From: the human T2T-CHM13v2.0 reference genome, Homo sapiens
Assembly: GCF_009914755.1 (NCBI RefSeq)
Contig: NC_060942.1
Reading direction: 5' to 3' (one strand)
Length of the DNA stretch: 64,000 bases
In this document: one piece after another, positions 13,901 through 27,204 of the stretch
How positions within the stretch are numbered: position 1 is the stretch's first letter
Layout of the letters: each line of letters begins with the position of its first letter
The notes under the pieces: model-generated
Told to the model about the DNA's origin: nothing
Database searches by the model: none
What the model saw: the letters and a program-made list of their open reading frames with translations, nothing else
Position numbers and translations under genes: made by a program

Positions 13901-14310
13901 GGACATTTGGAGCGCTTTCAGGCCTATGTTGGAAAGGGAAATATCTTCCCGTAACAACTAGGCAGAAGCATTCTCAGAAACTTATTTGAGATGTGTGTAC
14001 TCAACTAAGAGAATTGAACCACCGTTTTGAAGGAGCAGTTTTGAAACACTCTTTTTCTGGAATCTGCAAGAGGATATTTGCCTAGCCTTGAGGATTTCGT
14101 TGGAAACGGGATTGTCTTCAGATCAAATCTAGACAGAAGCATTCTCAGAAACTTCTTTGGGATGTTTGCATTCAAGTCACAGAGTAGAACATTCCCTTTG
14201 GTAGAGCAGGTTTGAAACACTCTTTTTTTAGTATATGGAAGTGGACATTTGGAGTGCTTTCAGGCCTACGTTGGAAAAGGAAATATCTTCCCATAACAAC
14301 TAGACAGAAG

Positions 14311-15670
14311 CATTCTCAGAAACTAGATTCTGATGTGTGTCCTCAACTAACACAGTTGAACATTTCTTTAGACAGAACAGTTTTGAAACTCTCTTTTTGT
14401 GGAATCTGCAAGTGGCTATTTGGCTAGATTTGAGGATTTCGTTGGAAACGGGATTACATATAAAAAGCAGACAGCAGCATTCTCAGAAAGTTCTTTGTGA
14501 TGATTGCATTCAAGTCACAGAATTGAACATTCCCTTTCACAGAGCAGGTTTGAAACACTCTTTTTATAGTGTGTGTAAGTGGACATTTGGAGCACTTTCC
14601 GGCCTAAGGTGAAAAAGGAAATATCTTCCCATAAAAACTAGACAGAAGCATTCTCAGAAACTTACTCGTGATGTGTGTCCTCAACTAAAGGAGTAGAACC
14701 TTTCTTTTCATAGAGAAGTTTTGAAACGCTCTTTTTGTGGAATCTGCAAGTGGATATTTGGCTAGTTTGGAGGATTTCGTTGGAAGCGGGAATTCATACA
14801 AATTGCAGACTGCAGCGTTCTGAGAAACATCTTTGTGATGTTTGTATTCAGGACACAGAGTTGAACATTCCCTATCATAGAGCAGGTTGGAATCACTCCT
14901 TTTGTAGTATCTGGAAGTGGACATTTGGAGCGCTTTCAGGCCTATGTTGAAAAAGGAAATATCTTCCCATAACAACTAGACACAAGCATTCTCAGAAACT
15001 TGTTTGTGATGTGTGCCCTCTACTGACAGAGTTGAACCTTTCTTTTCATAGAGCAGTTTTGAAACACTCTTTTTGTAGAATCTGCAAGAGGATATTTGCA
15101 TAGCTTTGAGGATTTCGTGGGAAACGGGATTGTCTTCAGGTAAAATCTAGACAGAAGCATTCTCAGAAACTTCTTTGGGATGTTTGCATTCAAGTCACAG
15201 AGTAGAACATTCCCTTTGGTAGAGCAGGTTTGAAACACTCTTTTTGTAGTATCTGGAAGTGGACATTTGGAGCGCTTTCAGGCCTATGTTGGAAAGGGAA
15301 ATATCTTCCCGTAACAACTAGGCAGAAGCATTCTCAGAAACTTATTTGAGATGTGTGTACTCAACTAAGAGAATTGAACCACCGTTTTGAAGGAGCAGTT
15401 TTGAAACACTCTTTTTCTGGAATCTGCAATAGGATATTTGCCTAGCCTTGAGGATTTCGTTGGAAACGGGATTGTCTTCAGATCAAATCTAGACAGAAGC
15501 ATTCTCAGAAACTTCTTTGGGATGTTTGCATTCAAGTCACAGAGTAGAACATTCCCTTTGGTAGAGCAGGTTTGAAACACTCTTTTTTTAGTATATGGAA
15601 GTGGACATTTGGAGCGCTTTCAGGCCTACGTTGGAAAAGGAAATATCTTCCCATAACAACTAGACAGAAG
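14311..15670 (+). repeat. 8-mer HOR variant (A, B/D hybrid, E, F; 1360 bp)
   Basis: Dimer B ends with the D-type gttgaaaaagg..gacacaag and goes directly into E; 675 bp shorter than the 12-mer. Confidence 0.93.
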
Positions 15671-18600
15671 CATTCTCAGAAACTAGTTTCTGATGTGTGT
15701 CCTCAACTAACACAGTTGAACATTTCTTTAGACAGAACAGTTTTGAAACACTCTTTTTGTGGAATCTGCAAGTGGCTATTTGGCTAGATTTGAGGATTTC
15801 GTTGGAAACGGGATTACATATAAAAAGCAGACAGCAGCATTCTCAGAAAGTTCTTTGTGATGATTGCATTCAAGTCACAGAATTCAACATTCCCTTTCAC
15901 AGAGCAGGTTTGAAACACTCTTTTTGTAGTGTGTGTAAGTGGACATTTGGAGCACTTTCCGGCCTAAGGTGAAAAAGGAAATATCTTCCCATAAAAACTA
16001 GACAGAAGCACTCTCAGAAACTTACTCGTGATGTGTGTCCTCAACTAAAGGAGTAGAACCTTTCTTTTCATAGAGAAGTTTTGAAACGCTCTTTTTGTGG
16101 AATCTGCAAGTGGATATTTGGCTAGTTTGGAGGATTTCGTTGGAAGCGGGAATTCATACAAATTGCAGACTGCAGCGTTCTGAGAAACATCTTTGTGATG
16201 TTTGTATTCAGGACACAGAGTTGAACATTCCCTATCATAGAGCAGGTTGGAATCACTCCTTTTGTAGTATCTGGAAGTGGACATTTGGAGCGCTTTCAGG
16301 CCTATGTTGGAAAAGGAAATATCTTCCCATAACAACTAGACAGAAGCATTCTTAGAAACTTATTTGAGATGTGTGTACTCAACTAAGAGAATTGAACCAC
16401 CGTTTTGAAGGAGCAGTTTTGAAACACTCTTTTTCTGGAATCTGCAAGTGGATATTTGGCTAGCTTTGGGGATTTCGCTGGAAGCGGGAATACATATAAA
16501 AAGCACACAGCAGCGTTCTGAGAAACTGCTTTCTGATGTTTGCATTCAAGTCAAAAGTTGAACACTCCCTTTCATAGTGCAGTCCTGAAACACTCCTTTT
16601 GTAGTATCTGGAACTGGACTTTTGGAGCGCTTTCAGGGCTAAGGTGAAAAAGGAAATATCTTCCCATAAAAACTGGACAGAAGCATTCTCAGAAACTTGT
16701 TTATGCTGTATCTACTCAACTAACAAAGTTGAACCTTTCTTTTGATAGAGCAGTTTTGAAATGCTCTTTTTGTGGAATCTGCAAGTGGATATTTGGCTAG
16801 TTTTGAGGATTTCGTTGGAAGCGGGAATTCATACAAATTGCAGACTGCAGCGTTCTGAGAAACATCTTTGTGATGTTTGTATTCAGGACAGAGAGTTGAA
16901 CATTCCCTATCATAGAGCAGGTTGGAATCACTCCTTTTGTAGTATCTGGAAGTGGACATTTGGAGCGCTTTCAGGCCTATGTTGAAAAAGGAAATATCTT
17001 CCCATAACAACTAGACACAAGCATTCTCAGAAACTTGTTTGTGATGTGTGCCCTCTACTGACAGAGTTGAACCTTTCTTTTCATAGAGCAGTTTTGAAAC
17101 ACTCTTTTTGTAGAATCTGCAAGAGGATATTTGCATAGCTTTGAGGATTTCGTGGGAAACGGGATTGTCTTCAGGTAAAATCTAGACAGAAGCATTCTCA
17201 GAAACTTCTTTGGGATGTTTGCATTCAAGTCACAGAGTAGAACATTCCCTTTGGTAGAGCAGGTTTGAAACACTCTTTTTGTAGTATCTGGAAGTGGACA
17301 TTTGGAGCGCTTTCAGGCCTATGTTGGAAAGGGAAATATCTTCCCGTAACAACTAGGCAGAAGCATTCTCAGAAACTTATTTGAGATGTGTGTACTCAAC
17401 TAAGAGAATTGAACCACCGTTTTGAAGGAGCAGTTTTGAAACACTCTTTTTCTTTAATCTGCAAGAGGATATTTGCCTAGCCTTGAGGATTTCGTTGGAA
17501 ACCGGATTGTCTTCAGATCAAATCTAGACAGAAGCATTCTCAGAAACTTCTTTGGGATGTTTGCATTCAAGTCACAGAGTAGAACATTCCCTTTGGTAGA
17601 GCAGGTTTGAAACACTCTTTTTTTAGTATATGGAAGTGGACATTTGGAGCGCTTTCAGGCCTACGTTGGAAAAGGAAATATCTTCCCATAACAACTAGAC
17701 AGAAGCATTCTCAGAAACTAGTTTCTGATGTGTGTCCTCAACTAACACAGTTGAACATTTCTTTAGACAGAACAGTTTTGAAACTCTCTTTTTGTGGAAT
17801 CTGCAAGTGGCTATTTGGCTAGATTTGAGGATTTCGTTGGAAACGGGATTACATATAAAAAGCAGACAGCAGCATTCTCAGAAAGTTCTTTGTGATGATT
17901 GCATTCAAGTCACAGAATTGAACATTCCCTTTCACAGAGCAGGTTTGAAACACTCTTTTTATAGTGTGTGTAAGTGGACATTTGGAGCACTTTCCGGCCT
18001 AAGGTGAAAAAGGAAATATCTTCCCATAAAAACTAGACAGAAGCATTCTCAGAAACTTACTCGTGATGTGTGTCCTCAACTAAAGGAGTAGAACCTTTCT
18101 TTTCATAGAGAAGTTTTGAAACGCTCTTTTTGTGGAATCTGCAAGTGGATATTTGGCTAGTTTGGAGGATTTCGTTGGAAGCGGGAATTCATACAAATTG
18201 CAGACTGCAGCGTTCTGAGAAACATCTTTGTGATGTTTGTATTCAGGACACAGAGTTGAACATTCCCTATCATAGAGCAGGTTGGAATCACTCCTTTTGT
18301 AGTATCTGGAAGTGGACATTTGGAGCGCTTTCAGGCCTATGTTGAAAAAGGAAATATCTTCCCATAACAACTAGACAGAAGCATTCTCAGAAACTTATTT
18401 GAGATGTGTGTACTCAACTAAGAGAATTGAACCACCGTTTTGAAGGAGCAGTTTTGAAACACTCTTTTTCTGGAGTCTGCAAGTGGATATTTGGCTAGCT
18501 TTGGGGATTTCGCTGGAGGCGGGAATACATATAAAAAGCACACAGCAGCGTTCTGAGAAACTGCTTTCTGATGTTTGCATTCAAGTCAAAAGTTGAACAC

Positions 18601-21600
18601 TCCCTTTCATAGAGCAGTCCTGAAACACTCCTTTTGTAGTATCTGGAACTGGACTTTTGGAGCGCTTTCAGGGCTAAGGTGAAAAAGGAAATATCTTCCC
18701 ATAAAAACTGGACAGAAGCATTCTCAGAAACTTGTTTATGCTGTATCTACTCAACTAACAAAGTTGAACCTTTCTTTTGATAGAGCAGTTTTGAAATGCT
18801 CTTTTTGTGGAATCTGCAAGTGGATATTTGGCTAGTTTTGAGGATTTCGTTGGAAGCGGGAATTCATACAAATTGCAGACTGCAGCGTTCTGAGAAACAT
18901 CTTTGTGATGTTTGTATTCAGGACAGAGAGTTGAACATTCCCTATCATAGAGCAGGTTGGAATCACTCCTTTTGTAGTATCTGGAAGTGGACATTTGGAG
19001 CGCTTTCTGGCCTATGTTGAAAAAGGAAATATCTTCCCATAACAACTAGACACAAGCATTCTCAGAAACTTGTTTGTGATGTGTGCCCTCTACTGACAGA
19101 GTTGAACCTTTCTTTTCATAGAGCAGTTTTGAAACACTCTTTTTGTAGAATCTGCAAGAGGATATTTGCATAGCTTTGAGGATTTCGTGGGAAACGGGAT
19201 TGTCTTCAGGCAAAATCTAGACAGAAGCATTCTCAGAAACTTCTTTGGGATGTTTGCATTCAAGTCACAGAGTAGAACATTCCCTTTGGTAGAGCAGGTT
19301 TGAAACACTCTTTTTGTAGTATCTGGAAGTGGACATTTGGAGCGCTTTCAGGCCTATGTTGGAAAGGGAAATATCTTCCGGTAACAACTAGGCAGAAGCA
19401 TTCTCAGAAACTTATTTGAGATGTGTGTACTCAACTAAGAGAATTGAACCACCGTTTTGAAGGAGCAGTTTTGAAACACTCTTTTTCTGGAATCTGCAAG
19501 AGGATATTTGCCTAGCTTTGAGGATTTCGTTGGAAACGGGATTGTGTTCAGATCAAATCTAGACAGAAGCATTCTCAGAAACTTCTTTGGGATGTTTGCA
19601 TTCAAGTCACAGAGCAGAACATTCCCTTTGGTAGAGCAGGTGTGAAACACCCTTTTTTTAGTATATGGAAGTGGACATTTGGAGCGCTTTCAGGCCTACG
19701 TTGGAAAAGGAAATATCTTCCCATAACAACTAGACAGAAGCATTCTCAGAAACTAGTTTCTGATGTGTGTCCTCAACTAACACAGTTGAACATTTCTTTA
19801 GACAGAACAGTTTTGAAACTCACTTTTTGTGGAATCTGCAAGTGGCTATTTGGCTAGATTTGAGGATTTCGTTGGAAACGGGATTACATATAAAAAGCAG
19901 ACAGCAGCATTCTCAGAAAGTTCTTTGTGATGATTGCATTCAAGTCACAGAATTGAACATTCCCTTTCACAGAGCAGGTTTGAAACACTCTTTTTATAGT
20001 GTGTGTAAGTGGACATTTGGAGCACTTTCCGGCCTAAGGTGAGAAAGGAAATATCTTCCCATAAAAACTAGACAGAAGCATTCTCAGAAACTTACTCGTG
20101 ATGTGTGTCCTCAACTAAAGGAGTAGAACCTTTCTTTCATAGAGAAGTTTTGAAACGCTCTTTTTGTGGAATCTGCAAGTGGATATTTGGCTAGTTTGGA
20201 GGATTTCGTTGGAAGCGGGAATTCATACAAATTGCAGACTGCAGCGTTCTGAGAAACATCTTTGTGATGTTTGTATTCAGGACACAGAGTTGAACATTCC
20301 CTATCATAGAGCAGGTTGGAATCACTCCTTTTGTAGTATCTGGAAGTGGACATTTGGAGCGCTTTCAGGCCTATGTTGGAAAAGGAAATATCTTCCCATA
20401 ACAACTAGACAGAAGCATTCTCAGAAACTTATTTGAGATGTGTGTACTCAACTAAGAGAATTGAACCACCGTTTTGAAGGAGCAGTTTTGAAACACTCTT
20501 TTTCTGGAATCTGCAAGTGGATATTTGGCTAGCTTTGGGGATTTCGCTGGAGGCGGGAATACATATAAAAAGCACACAGCAGCGTTCTGAGAAACTGCTT
20601 TCTGATGTTTGCATTCAAGTCAAAAGTTGAACACTCCCTTTCATAGAGCAGTCCTGAAACACTCCTTTTGTAGTATCTGGAACTGGACTTTTGGAGCGCT
20701 TTCAGGGCTAAGGTGAAAAAGGAAATATCTTCCCATAAAAACTGGACAGAAGCATTCTCAGAAACTTGTTTATGCTGTATCTACTCAACTAACAAAGTTG
20801 AACCTTTCTTTTGATAGAGCAGTTTTGAAATGCTCTTTTTGTGGAATCTGCAAGTGGATATTTGGCTAGTTTTGAGGATTTCGCTGGAAGCGGGAATTCA
20901 TACAAATTGCAGACTGCAGCGTTCTGAGAAACATCTTTGTGATGTTTGTATTCAGGACAGAGAGTTGAACATTCCCTATCATAGAGCAGGTTGGAATCAC
21001 TCCTTTTGTAGTATCTGGAAGTGGACATTTGGAGCGCTTTCAGGCCTATGTTGAAAAAGGAAATATCTTCCCATAACAACTAGACACAAGCATTCTCAGA
21101 AACTTGTTTGTGATGTGTGCCCTCTACTGACAGAGTTGAACCTTTCTTTTCATAGAGCAGTATTGAAACACTCTTTTTGTAGAATCTGCAAGAGGATATT
21201 TGCATAGCTTTGAGGATTTCGTGGGAAACGGGATTGTCTTCAGGTAAAATCTAGACAGAAGCATTCTCAGAAACTTCTTTGGGATGTTTGCATTCAAGTC
21301 ACAGAGTAGAACATTCCCTTTGGTAGAGCAGGTTTGAAACACTCTTTTTGTAGTATCTGGAAGTGGACATTTGGAGCGCTTTCAGGCCTATGTTGGAAAG
21401 GGAAATATCTTCCCGTAACAACTAGGCAGAAGCATTCTCAGAAACTTATTTGAGATGTGTGTACTCAACTAAGAGAATTGAACCACCGTTTTGAAGGAGC
21501 AGTTTTGAAACACTCTTTTTCTGGAATCTGCAAGAGGATATTTGCCTAGCCTTGAGGATTTCGTTGGAAACGGGATTGTCTTCAGATCAAATCTAGACAG

Positions 21601-24600
21601 AAGCATTCTCAGAAACTTCTTTGGGATGTTTGCATTCAAGTCACAGAGTAGAACATTCCCTTTGGTAGAGCAGGTTTGAAACACTCTTTTTTTAGTATAT
21701 GGAAGTGGACATTTGGAGCGCTTTCAGGCCTACGTTGGAAAAGGAAATATCTTCCCATAACAACTAGACAGAAGCATTCTCAGAAACTAGTTTCTGATGT
21801 GTGTCCTCAACTAACACAGTTGAACATTTCTTTAGACAGAACAGTTTTGAAACACTCTTTTTGTGGAATCTGCAAGTGGCTATTTGGCTAGATTTGAGGA
21901 TTTCGTTGGAAACGGGATTACATATAAAAAGCAGACAGCAGCATTCTCAGAAAGTTCTTTGTGATGATTGCATTCAAGTCACAGAATTGAACATTCCCTT
22001 TCACAGAGCAGGTTTGAAACACTCTTTTTATAGTGTGTGTAAGTGGACATTTGGAGCACTTTCCGGCCTAAGGTGAAAAAGGAAATATCTTCCCATAAAA
22101 ACTAGACAGAAGCACTCTCAGAAACTTACTCGTGATGTGTGTCCTCAACTAAAGGAGTAGAACCTTTCTTTTCATAGAGAAGTTTTGAAACGCTCTTTTT
22201 GTGGAATCTGCAAGTGGATATTTGGCTAGTTTGGAGGATTTCGTTGGAAGCGGGAATTCATACAAATTGCAGACTGCAGCGTTCTGAGAAACATCTTTGT
22301 GATGTTTGTATTCAGGACACAGAGTTGAACATTCCCTATCATAGAGCAGGTTTGAATCACTCCTTTTGTAGTATCTGGAAGTGGACATTTGGAGCGCTTT
22401 CAGGCCTATGTTGGAAAAGGAAATATCTTCCCATAACAACTAGACAGAAGCATTCTCAGAAACTTATTTGAGATGTGTGTACTCAACTAAGAGAATTGAA
22501 CCACCGTTTTGAAGGAGCAGTTTTGAAACACTCTTTTTCTGGAATCTGCAAGTGGATATTTGGCTAGCTTTGGGGATTTCGCTGGAAGCGGGAATACATA
22601 TAAAAAGCACACAGCAGCGTTCTGAGAAACTGCTTTCTGATGTTTGCATTCAAGTCAAAAGTTGAACACTCCCTTTCATAGTGCAGTCCTGAAACACTCC
22701 TTTTGTAGTATCTGGAACTGGACTTTTGGAGCGCTTTCAGGGCTAAGGTGAAAAAGGAAATATCTTCCCATAAAAACTGGACAGAAGCATTCTCAGAAAC
22801 TTGTTTATGCTGTATCTACTCAACTAACAAAGTTGAACCTTTCTTTTGATAGAGCAGTTTTGAAATGCTCTTTTTGTGGAATCTGCAAGTGGATATTTGG
22901 CTAGTTTTGAGGATTTCGTTGGAAGCGGGAATTCATACAAATTGCAGACTGCAGCGTTCTGAGAAACATCTTTGTGATGTTTGTATTCAGGACAGAGAGT
23001 TGAACATTCCCTATCATAGAGCAGGTTGGAATCACTCCTTTTGTAGTATCTGGAAGTGGACATTTGGAGCGCTTTCAGGCCTATGTTGAAAAAGGAAATA
23101 TCTTCCCATAACAACTAGACACAAGCATTCTCAGAAACTTGTTTGTGATGTGTGCCCTCTACTGACAGAGTTGAACCTTTCTTTTCATAGAGCAGTTTTG
23201 AAACACTCTTTTTGTAGAATCTGCAAGAGGATATTTGCATAGCTTTGAGGATTTCGTGGGAAACGGGATTGTCTTCAGGTAAAATCTAGACAGAAGCATT
23301 CTCAGAAACTTCTTTGGGATGTTTGCATTCAAGTCACAGAGTAGAACATTCCCTTTGGTAGAGCAGGTTTGAAACACTCTTTTTGTAGTATCTGGAAGTG
23401 GACATTTGGAGCGCTTTCAGGCCTATGTTGGAAAGGGAAATATCTTCCCGTAACAACTAGGCAGAAGCATTCTCAGAAACTTATTTGAGATGTGTGTACT
23501 CAACTAAGAGAATTGAACCACCGTTTTGAAGGAGCAGTTTTGAAACACTCTTTTTCTGGAATCTGCAAGAGGATATTTGCCTAGCCTTGAGGATTTCGTT
23601 GGAAACGGGATTGTCTTCAGATCAAATCTAGACAGAAGCATTCTCAGAAACTTCTTTGGGATGTTTGCATTCAAGTCACAGAGTAGAACATTCCCTTTGG
23701 TAGAGCAGGTTTGAAACACTCTTTTTTTAGTATATGGAAGTGGACATTTGGAGCGCTTTCAGGCCTACGTTGGAAACGGAAATATCTTCCCATAACAACT
23801 AGACAGAAGCATTCTCAGAAACTAGTTTCTGATGTGTGTCCTCAACTAACACAGTTGAACATTTCTTTAGACAGAACAGTTTTGAAACACTCTTTTTGTG
23901 GAATCTGCAAGTGGCTATTTGGCTAGATTTGAGGATTTCGTTGGAAACGGGATTACATATAAAAAGCAGACAGCAGCATTCTCAGAAAGTTCTTTGTGAT
24001 GATTGCATTCAAGTCACAGAATTGAACATTCCCTTTCACAGAGCAGGTTTGAAACACTCTTTTTGTAGTGTGTGTAAGTGGACATTTGGAGCACTTTCCG
24101 GCCTAAGGTGAAAAAGGAAATATCTTCCCATAAAAACTAGACAGAAGCACTCTCAGAAACTTACTCGTGATGTGTGTCCTCAACTAAAGGAGTAGAACCT
24201 TTCTTTTCATAGAGAAGTTTTGAAACGCTCTTTTTGTGGAATCTGCAAGTGGATATTTGGCTAGTTTGGAGGATTTCGTTGGAAGCGGGAATTCATACAA
24301 ATTGCAGACTGCAGCGTTCTGAGAAACATCTTTGTGATGTTTGTATTCAGGACACAGAGTTGAACATTCCCTATCATAGAGCAGGTTTGAATCACTCCTT
24401 TTGTAGTATCTGGAAGTGGACATTTGGAGCGCTTTCAGGCCTATGTTGGAAAAGGAAATATCTTCCCATAACAACTAGACAGAAGCATTCTCAGAAACTT
24501 ATTTGAGATGTGTGTACTCAACTAAGAGAATTGAACCACCGTTTTGAAGGAGCAGTTTTGAAACACTCTTTTTCTGGAATCTGCAAGTGGATATTTGGCT

Positions 24601-25844
24601 AGCTTTGGGGATTTCGCTGGAAGCGGGAATACATATAAAAAGCACACAGCAGCGTTCTGAGAAACTGCTTTCTGATGTTTGCATTCAAGTCAAAAGTTGA
24701 ACACTCCCTTTCATAGTGCAGTCCTGAAACACTCCTTTTGTAGTATCTGGAACTGGACTTTTGGAGCGCTTTCAGGGCTAAGGTGAAAAAGGAAATATCT
24801 TCCCATAAAAACTGGACAGAAGCATTCTCAGAAACTTGTTTATGCTGTATCTACTCAACTAACAAAGTTGAACCTTTCTTTTGATAGAGCAGTTTTGAAA
24901 TGCTCTTTTTGTGGAATCTGCAAGTGGATATTTGGCTAGTTTTGAGGATTTCGTTGGAAGCGGGAATTCATACAAATTGCAGACTGCAGCGTTCTGAGAA
25001 ACATCTTTGTGATGTTTGTATTCAGGACAGAGAGTTGAACATTCCCTATCATAGAGCAGGTTGGAATCACTCCTTTTGTAGTATCTGGAAGTGGACATTT
25101 GGAGCGCTTTCAGGCCTATGTTGAAAAAGGAAATATCTTCCCATAACAACTAGACACAAGCATTCTCAGAAACTTGTTTGTGATGTGTGCCCTCTACTGA
25201 CAGAGTTGAACCTTTCTTTTCATAGAGCAGTTTTGAAACACTCTTTTTGTAGAATCTGCAAGAGGATATTTGCATAGCTTTGAGGATTTCGTGGGAAACG
25301 GGATTGTCTTCAGGTAAAATCTAGACAGAAGCATTCTCAGAAACTTCTTTGGGATGTTTGCATTCAAGTCACAGAGTAGAACATTCCCTTTGGTAGAGCA
25401 GGTTTGAAACACTCTTTTTGTAGTATCTGGAAGTGGACATTTGGAGCGCTTTCAGGCCTATGTTGGAAAGGGAAATATCTTCCCGTAACAACTAGGCAGA
25501 AGCATTCTCAGAAACTTATTTGAGATGTGTGTACTCAACTAAGAGAATTGAACCACCGTTTTGAAGGAGCAGTTTTGAAACACTCTTTTTCTGGAATCTG
25601 CAAGAGGATATTTGCCTAGCCTTGAGGATTTCGTTGGAAACGGGATTGTCTTCAGATCAAATCTAGACAGAAGCATTCTCAGAAACTTCTTTGGGATGTT
25701 TGCATTCAAGTCACAGAGTAGAACATTCCCTTTGGTAGAGCAGGTTTGAAACACTCTTTTTTTAGTATATGGAAGTGGACATTTGGAGCGCTTTCAGGCC
25801 TACGTTGGAAAAGGAAATATCTTCCCATAACAACTAGACAGAAG
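15671..25844 (+). repeat. Run of five 12-mer HORs
   Basis: Unit starts 15671, 17706, 19741, 21775, 23810; the unit at 19741 is 2034 bp. Confidence 0.92.
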
Positions 25845-27204
25845 CATTCTCAGAAACTAGTTTCTGATGTGTGTCCTCAACTAACACAGTTGAACATTTC
25901 TTTAGACAGAACAGTTTTGAAACTCTCTTTTTGTGGAATCTGCAAGTGGCTATTTGGCTAGATTTGAGGATTTCGTTGGAAACGGGATTACATATAAAAA
26001 GCAGACAGCAGCATTCTCAGAAAGTTCTTTGTGATGATTGCATTCAAGTCACAGAATTGAACATTCCCTTTCACAGAGCAGGTTTGAAACACTCTTTTTA
26101 TAGTGTGTGTAAGTGGACCTTTGGAGCACTTTCCGGCCTAAGGTGAAAAAGGAAATATCTTCCCATAAAAACTAGACAGAAGCATTCTCAGAAACTTACT
26201 CGTGATGTGTGTCCTCAACTAAAGGAGTAGAACCTTTGTTTTCATAGAGAAGTTTTGAAACGCTCTTTTTGTGGAATCTGCAAGTGGATATTTGGCTAGT
26301 TTGGAGGATTTCGTTGGAAGCGGGAATTCATACAAATTGCAGACTGCAGCGTTCTGAGAAACATCTTTGTGATGTTTGTATTCAGGACACAGAGTTGAAC
26401 ATTCCCTATCATAGAGCAGGTTGGAATCACTCCTTTTGTAGTATCTGGAAGTGGACATTTGGAGCGCTTTCAGGTCTATGTTGAAAAAGGAAATATCTTC
26501 CCATAACAACTAGACACAAGCATTCTCAGAAACTTGTTTGTGATGTGTGCCCTCTACTGACAGAGTTGAACCTTTCTTTTCATAGAGCAGTTTTGAAACA
26601 CTCTTTTTGTAGAATCTGCAAGACGATATTTGCATAGCTTTGAGGATTTCGTGGGAAACCGGATTGTCTTCAGGTAAAATCTAGACAGAAGCATTCTCAG
26701 AAACTTCTTTGGGATGTTTCCATTCAAGTCACAGAGTAGAACATTCCCTTTGGTAGAGCAGGTTTGAAACACTCTTTTTGTAGTATCTGGAAGTGGACAT
26801 TTGGAGCGCTTTCAGGCCTATGTTGGAAAGGGAAATATCTTCCCGTAACAACTAGGCAGAAGCATTCTCAGAAACTTATTTGAGATGTGTGTACTCAACT
26901 AAGAGAATTGAACCACCGTTTTGAAGGAGCAGTTTTGAAACACTCTTTTTCTGGAATCTGCAAGAGTATATTTGCCTAGCCTTGAGGATTTCGTTGGAAA
27001 CGGGATTGTCTTCAGATAAAATCTAGACAGAAGCATTCTCAGAAACTTCTTTGGGATGTTTGCATTCAAGTCACAGAGTAGAACATTCCCTTTGGTAGAG
27101 TAGGTTTGAAACACTCTTTTTTTAGTATATGGAAGTGGACATTTGGAGCGCTTTCAGGCCTACGTTGGAAAAGGAAATATCTTCCCATAACAACTAGACA
27201 GAAG
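25845..27204 (+). repeat. 8-mer HOR variant (1360 bp) with many private SNVs
   Basis: A, B/D, E, F order; SNVs caggtctatg, agacgatatt, aaaccggatt, gtttccattc, gagtata, gagtaggt. Confidence 0.93.

Larger units (their letters stand above)
68..14310 (+). repeat. Run of seven canonical 12-mer HORs (ABCDEF)
   Basis: Unit starts 68, 2103, 4138, 6173, 8207, 10241, 12276; two units are 2034 bp because of a 1-bp deletion in dimer B (cctttctttcatag). Confidence 0.93.
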
